Part shown: one piece after another, positions 19,576 through 29,011 of the stretch | How the letters are laid out: every line of letters starts with the position of its first letter | Position numbering within the stretch: the first letter of the stretch is position 1 | DNA from: an uncultured Ignavibacteria bacterium | GTDB lineage: Bacteria > Bacteroidota > Ignavibacteria > Kapaibacteriales > UBA2268 | Length of the DNA stretch: 64,000 nt | Direction of reading: 5' to 3' | Assembly (NCBI GenBank): GCA_903862655.1 | Contig: CAIOZA010000015.1 | Location: 24,324-88,323 of the forward strand | Made by a program: the position numbers and the translations under genes | The notes under the pieces: generated by a model | The model's input: only the letters and a program-made list of their open reading frames with translations | Database searches by the model: none | Told to the model about the DNA's origin: nothing

Positions 19576-20187
19576 TTAACTCATCCCAATTAAAGTTCTC
19601 CATTCCATTTCCCAAACTTCTTTTACCTTTTTCAATTGTACTAAATAAATTTCTGAACATAAATTCCCACAACAATAAGAATATATTAAAATAGAAGTGT
19701 CCCTTTTTTGATTATATCCAATTTGAGAAAAAGTGAAGTATCCAAAACAACCAGGAAATCTTTGTGGAATAATTTTCCAGAATATTTCATCATCATTATT
19801 GGCTAATCTCATAGAATCAGATAGTTTATTAAAATCTATGAATTTCATATCATGATTGTTAGGTGAGAATAAACTCGAGTCTAATTTTAAATTTGATTCC
19901 CTTGAACTCCTGTTACGAATAGCCTCCTGATTTACTCTGAATTTTTCGTATTTCTGAGAACTATCCCATTTAATACCCTCGCCATCGTATGAAAAATTAA
20001 ATGTAATTTCATCGATTAATATTGTTCTTTTTGAATCCTGATTAAAATTTGGTTTTGATTTTCTAATATTTTCCAGCACTGCCGAATACACCTTATAATC
20101 CTCTGAGCTGAGTGTATCAGCCGAGTATGATGGACATGTTATCAGGAAAATGAGGAGGATTAATATGTATTTTCTTGATTTCTTCAT
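19576..20187 (-). CDS. Hypothetical secreted protein
   Basis: Signal peptide, C-terminal FSQIGYN...YCCGNLC...W motif, 4-nt ATGA overlap with the upstream AAA gene. Confidence 0.7.
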   Translation of the reverse strand: MKKSRKYILILLIFLITCPSYSADTLSSEDYKVYSAVLENIRKSKPNFNQDSKRTILIDEITFNFSYDGEGIKWDSSQKYEKFRVNQEAIRNRSSRESNLKLDSSLFSPNNHDMKFIDFNKLSDSMRLANNDDEIFWKIIPQRFPGCFGYFTFSQIGYNQKRDTSILIYSYCCGNLCSEIYLVQLKKVKEVWEMEWRTLIGMS

Positions 20188-21842
20188 GACTGGTTTCTCA
20201 GATTTGTTATCTTTTCTTTCAGACTATAATATATTTCCGGAGAGATTGCCGGACGCAGATTCTCGAGGAATTTCTTTAGCTTGATGTATTCATCCTCATC
20301 GAGAACTCCGTCCTTCATGAATTCATCGAATGTTGTGTTGAACTCACGTGTAACACTGCTCATCTTGTTCATTTCAGATATTTTTTCTATCTGCTCATCA
20401 ATGAACATAAATAGAAATGTTATTTCTTCATATTTGATCTTCTTCTTCAGTATAAGTTCTTCCAGCAGACGCTTCTTTGCTACTGCCTGCATCATTGCAT
20501 CGTCGTAAGTGATTTTCTTCTGTTTGAAGTTCTCTGCTATAGCGAAAACCTCAAACTGGAACTGATCGAGCAATTTCTTCTTCTTCTGAAAGAATACCCA
20601 GCCCAGAATACCTGAAATCAAAGCCGCCATCAGAGCTACTATAATCTCGCTGAAAAGTCCGGTCTTTAGCAGATAAATATACGCATCATCGAAAAAGCTG
20701 GAATCGTCAAGTAAACCGTTATTCTTAACTGTATAGTCTATCGGTGCCAGAGTGCTGAGTGTAAGCTCTTCCTTGGGTTTGAATGCATTTACATGTTCGA
20801 TGAATGTCTTAATAAATTTATTGAAATCTTCGGGCTTCAAATAGCTTTTGACTGTTGACCATTGCCCAAGCGTATAGTCATTGCCATACTTTTCTTCAAT
20901 AAGTTTATTGATCTTATAGAATGAATACAGAATTTTCTTTGTATGACTGTAATCAAGATTTAGTTTCTTCTTCTGTGAACGCTCGATGATGTAGAGCAGA
21001 AGCTCGTTCATGTCGGCATTCAATGGATAGGATTCGCCCAGTCTGCGGAAATGCTCATTATTAAGTTCGATAACGTTACTTACTCCTGTGTGAGTAACGC
21101 TTATCAGGTAAAAGTTATCGGGAATGCTTACTTCACCGTATCCATCGATCACGTTCTTATCCGATGGACTGTCCATCTCGTTCCATATCTCCGATCCAAA
21201 GAATGTCGAAGGATATATCTTATCAAAATCGTCGAGAACGAGAACAAAATTATTATTTGTCTCATTACGGCATTGTTCATATATTTCCAGTAGTTTACCC
21301 TTAATAAATTTATCGCCCTCGCGAGTTCCAACCCACTGCTTATGATATTCAACCTCCATTTTCTCGGTGCAGTTCAGCTTGAATATTCTGCTCTCATTAC
21401 CTGTTATAAACTTCGAAAGCTTATCGATGAGTGTGGATTTACCTGCACCCGTCACACCAGAAATGATTATCTTTTTCGATTTGAGAAGAGGAGTGAGATA
21501 ATAAGTGAATTTCTTGTATTCCCATGTCGGAGGAAATGGCTTCAGAAACAGATCTTCAGCTGACTGAACGTCAGTTGTATTCTTATGAAACGTCGAGAAA
21601 TCTGAATCAATTGAAGATAGTTTAGATGTAAACGTTACAAGTTTAAATCTCTGTTTAATATCCTCAGATATGTTAACTGTTGGATTTGATATATTATTCG
21701 AAACAAGGAGTGTATCCAGAAAGAACCAGAACGGATCCGATTTATGTCGCGAACCTTCCTTGATACCAATGAACAAAGCTCCCACTACTGCGATGATTGC
21801 TATGCTCAAGAAAGTCCATTTTAAAGATTTGTTAATTGCCAT
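20184..21842 (-). CDS. Membrane-anchored McrB-like AAA+ NTPase
   Basis: Walker A IIISGVTGAGKS, Walker B FVLVLDDFDK, IPDNFYLI and FRRL. Hydrophobic helices at aa ~9-27 and ~396-418. Confidence 0.75.
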   Translation of the reverse strand: MAINKSLKWTFLSIAIIAVVGALFIGIKEGSRHKSDPFWFFLDTLLVSNNISNPTVNISEDIKQRFKLVTFTSKLSSIDSDFSTFHKNTTDVQSAEDLFLKPFPPTWEYKKFTYYLTPLLKSKKIIISGVTGAGKSTLIDKLSKFITGNESRIFKLNCTEKMEVEYHKQWVGTREGDKFIKGKLLEIYEQCRNETNNNFVLVLDDFDKIYPSTFFGSEIWNEMDSPSDKNVIDGYGEVSIPDNFYLISVTHTGVSNVIELNNEHFRRLGESYPLNADMNELLLYIIERSQKKKLNLDYSHTKKILYSFYKINKLIEEKYGNDYTLGQWSTVKSYLKPEDFNKFIKTFIEHVNAFKPKEELTLSTLAPIDYTVKNNGLLDDSSFFDDAYIYLLKTGLFSEIIVALMAALISGILGWVFFQKKKKLLDQFQFEVFAIAENFKQKKITYDDAMMQAVAKKRLLEELILKKKIKYEEITFLFMFIDEQIEKISEMNKMSSVTREFNTTFDEFMKDGVLDEDEYIKLKKFLENLRPAISPEIYYSLKEKITNLRNQS

Positions 21843-22111
21843 ATTAAATTTAATAATAATTTTTGTTACAAATTAATCAAAAAAATGTTCTTCCCCTACT
21901 AATTAACTCTTCAAACTTCTTACTTTTTTCATTCAATTATTTGATCCTATTTTTTACATAACAATATTTTCTTTATAGTTATGTCGCTACCTTATTAACC
22001 GTATCTATTAAGTTTAACATTTAAAGTCCAAAATATAATATCCTTTAATTTATATATTTTCAACCTAATATGTGAGAACATTAATTATTCTAAACAACTC
22101 ATGGTGTTTAA

Positions 22112-23197
22112 ATGATTAAATTTAATAATTTATTCTTTCTTATCTTAATTTGTCTTGTTGGTTGCGATAAAGATGAGATAATCATAGAAGAAAAGCCTAT
22201 ACAACCGTTAGATAGTGTTTGTAGATTACCTATAGAAGTTCGCATTCCTCATCTGTTATTAAGTGATATGAAATTATCTCCAAACGGCGATAAGCTGTTA
22301 TTTATAGATAATTTTGTGTCAATATATAATATAAATAATAATAATTTTGAAACCATTCCTGCTGATTTTGTTATCGGGAATGGTTTGTTTAACCTTTATC
22401 AAATATTTTGGAGCTGTTCCGATAATGATGTTATCTATTTTATCGGTAAAACTTCGGATAGTAGTTATTCAGGTCCAATTATTTTAAAATATAATCATAA
22501 AACTAATAAGGTTGAAAAGTATATACCAGCTTTATTCCAGGAAATGTATAATAAATACAAGATATATCAAAGTTCTCTTGTTATTAAATCAGTTATTAAA
22601 GGTCAGGAGGACGAAGATGAATTTTATTGTTCCTCTTTTTTAAAGGGACCAATGATTAATGATATAAAATTATCAGGATATTATATATACCGGATTTACG
22701 GGGATGAGTTTGGCACATTTAATTTTTTTGAAGAAACATTACGCATTAGCAATGACTACTCATTAACTGTCTCAAGGGATAAATTAGATCATGGCAATAC
22801 TACCCCAATGTATATTGCTGTTAATAGAGTAGCTTTAAGAATTAAAGAAAAAATGCCATCTAGAATATTTAATGTGAGTATTTCGCCTGATAATAATAAA
22901 ATAGCAATTTGTCTTGAACCCAATGAATCAAATTGCGATGAAGATCCTAGAAGAGTATTTCCTGAAATTTGGATATTAGATTATGGGAATTATATTAAAA
23001 ACAATCTAGATATAATTCCAATAATAAAAATTGATATTAGAAAAAAATATTGCATGTATAATTATTTGCAACCTAATGTTGAATTTATAACTTCGAATCA
23101 ACTTGTAGTAAATATGCACAAGAATGGAGATTACGCAGTAAATCTATATCAAATTAATATTAATGATTTTTCTTATAAACAGTTAACTTTTAGATGA
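22112..23197 (+). CDS. Lipoprotein with TolB/beta-propeller-like repeats
   Basis: Lipobox LVGC, LSPNGDKLLF, ISPDNNKIA and C-terminal KQLTF; very AT-rich. Confidence 0.7.
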   Translation: MIKFNNLFFLILICLVGCDKDEIIIEEKPIQPLDSVCRLPIEVRIPHLLLSDMKLSPNGDKLLFIDNFVSIYNINNNNFETIPADFVIGNGLFNLYQIFWSCSDNDVIYFIGKTSDSSYSGPIILKYNHKTNKVEKYIPALFQEMYNKYKIYQSSLVIKSVIKGQEDEDEFYCSSFLKGPMINDIKLSGYYIYRIYGDEFGTFNFFEETLRISNDYSLTVSRDKLDHGNTTPMYIAVNRVALRIKEKMPSRIFNVSISPDNNKIAICLEPNESNCDEDPRRVFPEIWILDYGNYIKNNLDIIPIIKIDIRKKYCMYNYLQPNVEFITSNQLVVNMHKNGDYAVNLYQININDFSYKQLTFR

Positions 23198-23307
23198 TAA
23201 TGATCTTGGAAACAAAATAAGACAAAAGTTGGTTTATATAATTTCTTTTTTTATTCCAGCATTGGCTTTAAAATTACTCTTATTGTGAAATTAAAATTCC
23301 TGTATGC

Positions 23308-23457
23308 GAGATAGTTTGAAAAGTCAGATTAAGAGGTCTTTAGGAACGTAGTGAGGAATCCAGGACGCATGAACACTGGATGCGCTTCGCAGTCCTTCGG
23401 AACTTACGGTCGCTTCGCTCCCTCAGAATGACGTAATCATAGTTTTCACACAGTCTC
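23308..23457 (+). mobile_element. MITE-like non-autonomous element, copy 2
   Basis: Ends GAGATAGTTTGAAAA ... TTTTCACACAGTCTC; shares a near-identical 3' core with 6837-6917. Confidence 0.6.
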
Positions 23458-23499
23458 ATTCACAGCAATGACAATTCATAGACCTTCTCTTAACAACTA

Positions 23500-24156
23500 T
23501 CAATCTTGAATACATCGCACAGAAAACCCCAGTGCCTTATTGAAGTAGCGTCTGTAGATACCGGTATAATTGTAGTAGATATATCTACCCCATGCATCCG
23601 CTGTGTAGTCCACAGTTGAAGACCACCAGTCGCCACCAGTCCCAAGAGTTGTAAACGCTCCCTGACCATCACGGAATCCGCCGGGAAGAGCCGAAAAACC
23701 GCTTTCGTTGGTTGCTCCAATGTTCGGAGTTACCCACAGTGCCTGATCGATATCTTTCAATTCGCCACCGGCTATGTCCTTTCCTCCGAGGTAAGTTGCG
23801 AGCAGATTCCACTCAGATTCACTCGGCACATGCCAGCCTTCGGGAGACAAGCCTCTAGGATCGGTAACGGCATACCAATTATATAATTTCCCATAAATTG
23901 TTCCGTTTGTTGGATCGTTGTTGTAGTAGCACCAGGCACCTTTTGTAGTGTTAGCCCAAGCTGTATCCTCTCTTACTTCAGGAATTGTGTCTCCATTTCG
24001 ATAGTGGTCAACATCTAGATTCTTTAGCATCCAGACCTGATTTCCTATTTGAGCGAATTCATATTGAACCGACGGAGGATTCTTTGACTCTCCCATAGCA
24101 TAGTTCAGAAGAAGAGTAATCATTGCGATCAATAAAGCTAAAAATCTGGAATTCAT
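23500..24156 (-). CDS. Fibrobacter succinogenes major paralogous domain (FISUMP) secreted protein
   Basis: IGNQVWMLKNLDV, YGKLYNWYAV.DPRGL.PEGWHVPS..EW, SGFSALPGG.R and GFSVRCIQD. Confidence 0.92.
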   Translation of the reverse strand: MNSRFLALLIAMITLLLNYAMGESKNPPSVQYEFAQIGNQVWMLKNLDVDHYRNGDTIPEVREDTAWANTTKGAWCYYNNDPTNGTIYGKLYNWYAVTDPRGLSPEGWHVPSESEWNLLATYLGGKDIAGGELKDIDQALWVTPNIGATNESGFSALPGGFRDGQGAFTTLGTGGDWWSSTVDYTADAWGRYIYYNYTGIYRRYFNKALGFSVRCIQD

Positions 24157-24435
24157 ATTAAACTCCCCGGAATTTTTACCATGTATTTACTTTTACAAAT
24201 TTAACAACTTTTAGCGAATATTACTTATGAATCTGCATGCTGCTTTTAAATTTGATTAATAATTTGTATCTATTAAGGTAGTTTGCAAAATTTTTCTGTT
24301 GTGTCGAGATGTACCTTATGATTAAACACTCAGTTGCTGGGTAGTGCAAATATGAGTTAAATTTTGATTAATATTTCTTCGATAGCTATAAAACAAGTAT
24401 CCAATAAAATAAGGCAATTATAGCAAAGTCTGATT

Positions 24436-26019
24436 CTACTGAGCTGGTGGTGAATTTGGCAATTTGATTATAAATGTGGTTCCCATATTCTCTTGGCTTT
24501 CCACCTGTATGGTTCCCTTGTGCAATTCAATGCATTTCTTTACAATACCCAATCCTAGTCCATAGCCGGCAGTAGTTGTGATATTCGAAGCACGGTAGAA
24601 AGTCTCGAATAGATTCTGGATGTCTTCCTTGGGTATCCCAATTCCAAAGTCCTTTACTATGAAAATTGCTTCGTCTGAATTAACTTCAACATTTAGTACT
24701 ATGTCTTTTTCCGGAGTTGAGTATTTGACTGCATTCGAGAGCAGGTTAGTTAAAATATGGGCAACCAGAGTCTCATCCAGATAAATCTCCTCATTGGTAG
24801 TAACAAAATTATATTGGATTGGTCTTTCTAATTTATTAGTGATCTCAATGTTTCTGATTACCGATTTACAGAATGGATTAAGCTCTAGCAATTCTATACT
24901 GAATTCATATTTATCTGATTCGAGTTTGTCCACTGTCAGTACATTTTCGAGTAGATGTGTCATGCTCAGAACTGTACTCTGAATCCGATCAAAATGCTTT
25001 GCCTTTTCTTCAACTGTCCAGTTATCGCTGTAACGTCTCAACAAATCAGACGACAACATTATTGACGTTAGCGGTGTTCTGAATTCATGCGATATCATGT
25101 GAATGAATCTATGTTTCAATACATTCAGATCCTTTTGCTTCTCAAGGGCGATTCTCATTCTTTCGTCAGATTCTTTCCTCTCGGTTATATCTATTGCAGT
25201 CAGGATAACCCAAGATGGTGCATCATCTGAAACTATGTATTCAAACGATACAAGCGCAGTCCTCTCCGAGCCATCCTTCTTTGTCAGGTTCAATTCCTGA
25301 TTGTCTATGTTCATATTGACTTTTGATATTTCTATCAGTTCTCTAAGTACAGATAAATCAGACCAAAGTGATACATTCTCGATCTTCTTATGCAGTAGCT
25401 CATCGGCACTATAGCCAGTGAATTCCTCGAATGATGCATTTACATCGATATATGTGTTTTCTTCAACGCCTATCATAGCAATAGCGATAGGACTTGAATA
25501 AAACAATTTACTGAATACAAATTCACCCGTATCGGCTTCATCAGATTCAATTTTGTCAAACGTTACATCCTCACAATTTTCGAGTATATACCTTCGGATG
25601 TTGTTCCCATCACATATCAGCGATTTAGTTGTTTTAAAAATCTTAAGTGTGTTATTCTTGGTTTTTCTTAGTTCAGTTTCAATTTCAATAGGTCCACCAG
25701 TGACTATTAGCTCTGAATCGGTCTGATTGTAATATTCTGCCAGTTCCTTTGTGTAGATCTGAAATGCTGTTTTACCGGATAAGTCTTCGAGTGAATACCC
25801 AGTTGCCTTCTCAGCAGCGGCATTTAGATATATAAATTTGAATGATTCAGCGTCTTTGACGAACACAGGATTGGGAAGATTATCAAGAATTGACCTGAAA
25901 AATTGGTTTGCCATCAATATGTCAGAAGTCTCTCCCTCGGCCTGATTAGCCTTAGAATCACTCGAGTCAGCTACATTTTCCTGACTGTTGCCAAGTAATA
26001 GATGAAGAGGTATGGACAT
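24436..26019 (-). CDS. Cytoplasmic PAS-PAS sensor histidine kinase
   Basis: Two PAS domains (PNPVFVKD; SSPIAI...DITERK), H-box SHEFRTPL, NLLSNAVKYS, DFGIGIP and GYGLGL. Confidence 0.92.
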   Translation of the reverse strand: MSIPLHLLLGNSQENVADSSDSKANQAEGETSDILMANQFFRSILDNLPNPVFVKDAESFKFIYLNAAAEKATGYSLEDLSGKTAFQIYTKELAEYYNQTDSELIVTGGPIEIETELRKTKNNTLKIFKTTKSLICDGNNIRRYILENCEDVTFDKIESDEADTGEFVFSKLFYSSPIAIAMIGVEENTYIDVNASFEEFTGYSADELLHKKIENVSLWSDLSVLRELIEISKVNMNIDNQELNLTKKDGSERTALVSFEYIVSDDAPSWVILTAIDITERKESDERMRIALEKQKDLNVLKHRFIHMISHEFRTPLTSIMLSSDLLRRYSDNWTVEEKAKHFDRIQSTVLSMTHLLENVLTVDKLESDKYEFSIELLELNPFCKSVIRNIEITNKLERPIQYNFVTTNEEIYLDETLVAHILTNLLSNAVKYSTPEKDIVLNVEVNSDEAIFIVKDFGIGIPKEDIQNLFETFYRASNITTTAGYGLGLGIVKKCIELHKGTIQVESQENMGTTFIIKLPNSPPAQ

Positions 26020-26116
26020 AGGAAATGACTTTATTTATTGTTTTGCATTAATCACCAAGAGTAATATCGACAATTCCCATGAAAAAATGAAGTATTAAAT
26101 TCCTATTGCAGTAATA

Positions 26117-27715
26117 TTATTCAGGAATCTTCGGTTCTGCCATTATAACTTCCTCCCGACTAAGAGTTACACTGCCCGGGTTAGCACCTTTTGGCTTATG
26201 TACGTACTTTTTGTAAGTATAACAAACAGGCGTATATTTTGCCTTTTTGGCACCTGAATAATAAGCAGTTATTGACGCAGCTTTCTGCATTATATGCTTA
26301 GGAACCTTCTCTTCTTTGTTCAATCTCAGCACTGCATGCGAACCAGAGGAACCTCTTGCGTGAAACCAAAGATCATTAGGTTTGGCAAACCTGAGTGTCA
26401 GCTCATCATTGTTAGCAGCATTCTTGCCAACATAAAGAATGTAACCATCGCCAAGATCAAACATCCTGAAGCGTGATTCCTGCTCCTGTTCTACGTTTTC
26501 CTGTTTGAGGATATCTTTGTATTCACCCATGATTTTTTCAAATTCCTTCTTTGTTTGTGCATCAGTTAGTTTCTGTAAGGCTGTGGACGATCTGCTCAAT
26601 TTTTCTTTCAATTGCGGCAGAAGTCTTTGCCTTGCCTCATAAGCCTGAACAAGATCTTTTGATTTATCGAAATACCTTTTAGCATTCTCGGCAAGATTCA
26701 GCTCTGTCTTAAGCTTGATTTCCCTCGAATCCCCATTCCAGTCATTTAAGACGATTTTATCTCCGTATTTTGTCTTAATATCCGGCTGCGACAGAAGTAA
26801 TTCAGCAAACAATCTGTACTTTTTCTGCCGTTCGTCATTCAACTCAACATGAGTTGTTTGCTCTATTCTCGATTGAAGTTTATCGCGGATTCTCGTCAAT
26901 CTCGGAATGATATTCTTTTTAAGCTGAGTAACCTCTGACTCAATCAGATCCTTCCTGATTCTATGTTCAATAGCCTTACTTATTGATGAATATGTTCCGA
27001 TTATCTCAGGATAATCATCAATTGGAATCAATGATAGCAATAACTCACCGAATTTGTTTCTAAGCAGGTAAAACTCATTCGATGCTAGAATCTCGGTTTT
27101 GAATTTAACTGCCGACTCAATCAGCTCAATAAGCTTATCTTGACCGATTTCGCTTACTTTTGTTTCCGTGTTAAAATTTATGTTCTTTAGAAATTGTTTT
27201 GCATAATATTTTCCAAGATAAGGATAAACAGCAGAAAGATGCTTCAATATGCTTTTATCTTCAGGTTCTGAGTATTCCTTATCAACGAACAGATTCTTCG
27301 TTGTCTTGCCCTTCAGGTCGGTTCCAGCTTTGAAAGAATCGACAATGTTTATCCCCTCAGCCAGAATAATATTATTCCTGCTTCCTCCAAAAAGAAGGAC
27401 TATGAGAGTAGCTCTCCCAAGCTGTAGCTTGATTACCCTGTCATCCGACTTTAATGTTACTTCGGTCAGCTTTGATCCTATTAATCGAGGTAATAGATCT
27501 GTTGAGTTGGATCCGGCACGGTTGAATGATTGTCTTAGATAAAGCGCACCGTATCTGGCTTCACCTCTAAACTGCATATAATAAATATTTTCGCCATCAT
27601 AAAAACCAAGCATCAGGCTGTCCTTTTCCTGTGTGAAGCACTCGACAAGAACAGAACCGCATAATGTCCTTAGTTCATCTGTAAGCTTTTCTAATGTGTA
27701 ATGGTGTCTTAACAT
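26117..27715 (-). CDS. rqcH: NFACT/RqcH (FbpA-like) ribosome quality-control protein
   Basis: DRVI motif, ENAKRYFDKSK, VGKNAANNDELT, DLWFHARGSSGSH and KPKGANPGSV. Confidence 0.88.
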   Translation of the reverse strand: MLRHHYTLEKLTDELRTLCGSVLVECFTQEKDSLMLGFYDGENIYYMQFRGEARYGALYLRQSFNRAGSNSTDLLPRLIGSKLTEVTLKSDDRVIKLQLGRATLIVLLFGGSRNNIILAEGINIVDSFKAGTDLKGKTTKNLFVDKEYSEPEDKSILKHLSAVYPYLGKYYAKQFLKNINFNTETKVSEIGQDKLIELIESAVKFKTEILASNEFYLLRNKFGELLLSLIPIDDYPEIIGTYSSISKAIEHRIRKDLIESEVTQLKKNIIPRLTRIRDKLQSRIEQTTHVELNDERQKKYRLFAELLLSQPDIKTKYGDKIVLNDWNGDSREIKLKTELNLAENAKRYFDKSKDLVQAYEARQRLLPQLKEKLSRSSTALQKLTDAQTKKEFEKIMGEYKDILKQENVEQEQESRFRMFDLGDGYILYVGKNAANNDELTLRFAKPNDLWFHARGSSGSHAVLRLNKEEKVPKHIMQKAASITAYYSGAKKAKYTPVCYTYKKYVHKPKGANPGSVTLSREEVIMAEPKIPE

Positions 27716-27720
27716 GTGTA

Positions 27721-27759
27721 AAAAAGAAAACTCATTCCGGTGTGTCCCAAAATGAGTTT
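27721..27759 (-). terminator. Possible terminator after yicC
   Basis: AAACTCATT...AATGAGTTT stem followed by a T-rich run on the minus strand. Confidence 0.5.
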
Positions 27760-27779
27760 AAATTTGATTTCTATAATTA

Positions 27780-28655
27780 TTATTCAATATTTTGGATTTG
27801 TTCTCTGATTCTCTCAATTTCTTCCTTCAGATTCACAACAATCTGAGAGATTTCAGCACTGTCTGATTTCGATCCGATAGTATTTGTTTCACGATTCATC
27901 TCCTGAACCAAGAAGTTAAGCTTCTGGCCAACAGGTTCTTTGTCTTTCAAAATCTCATTGAAGAACTTAATGTGTGATTTAAGTCTTACGCATTCTTCAG
28001 AAACGTCCAGCCTGTTGGCTATCATCACGATTTCCATCTGGATTCTTGTCTCATCAATTTCATCGCTTTCGAAGAGCTGTGCGATTTTATGACGAAGTTT
28101 TTCTCTTTCATCAGGAACGCGCTGAACGCTCAGCACTTCGACTTTTTCAACTGCATGTCCAATTTTCTTAACTCTTGCCTGAACATCCTTAATGATGTTC
28201 TGTCCTTCTTTTTGACGCATTCTGTCTAGATTTCTCAATGCTTCAATCATTGCCTTACGAACTATTTTCCAGTCATATTCACTGTCAACATCATCCTGCT
28301 TGTTATTGAATAACTGCGAGAATGAGAGCAGATGGTCCAGTGATACCGGTTCTTTTATCTTCAATTTTTTATTTAGAGATTTAAGGGAATCGTATGTTGC
28401 TTGAGCTGCCTCCTCGTTGATAGAGAACAATTTCTCTTGCGACTCATACTCAAGGTTGACACTCAGAGCAACAGAGCCTCTTGCAAGATTGGCCTTCACC
28501 AGATCTCGGATATCAAGTTCCTTGTAATAAAGTGATTTTGGGAGCTTACAGTTAATATCAAGATATCTTCCATTCAAACTCTTAACTTCGACAGTTGCTT
28601 TTGTCCCTTTATCTGAAGCTTCAGCTTTACTGAAGCCTGTCATGCTTTTCACCAT
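27780..28655 (-). CDS. yicC: YicC/YloC family endoribonuclease
   Basis: KSMTGFS, EVKSLNGRYLD, LDVSEECVRLKSH, GQKLNFLVQEMNRETNTIGSKS and EQIQNIE. Confidence 0.94.
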   Translation of the reverse strand: MVKSMTGFSKAEASDKGTKATVEVKSLNGRYLDINCKLPKSLYYKELDIRDLVKANLARGSVALSVNLEYESQEKLFSINEEAAQATYDSLKSLNKKLKIKEPVSLDHLLSFSQLFNNKQDDVDSEYDWKIVRKAMIEALRNLDRMRQKEGQNIIKDVQARVKKIGHAVEKVEVLSVQRVPDEREKLRHKIAQLFESDEIDETRIQMEIVMIANRLDVSEECVRLKSHIKFFNEILKDKEPVGQKLNFLVQEMNRETNTIGSKSDSAEISQIVVNLKEEIERIREQIQNIE

Positions 28656-29011
28656 AAATCTTTTAATCCGTTGTATTTAAATAAACTTCAAAATTAACAC
28701 ATTTTCGCCGTTATCCCAAATAAGAGATGAATTCAGACAGGATATTGTATCTTGTAGCATAAAAAAGTTTAACGTAAAATCGTCTGAACTGTGGTTCTTG
28801 CCAATAAGGTTTCAATTTTCATTTTTTCTAAATCGAGTTGTTAGAGCTTCTGTTTAATTTTTTTTCTTTATTTTCAAAAATTGTTGTGAACAAATTTATC
28901 AATTTATATAGCAACAATATATAAAAAAGTTCGTTTGAATAACAGCATCTGTGATTTTTTTGAAATATCATCAGGTAAATACTAAAACATGAATTATTAA
29001 TTAGTGAATGT

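Noticed and set aside
19576-21842. Canonical McrBC restriction system
   Set aside because: The partner has a signal peptide and no PD-(D/E)xK motif. The AAA protein lacks NxxD and a DNA-binding domain and has two TM helices.
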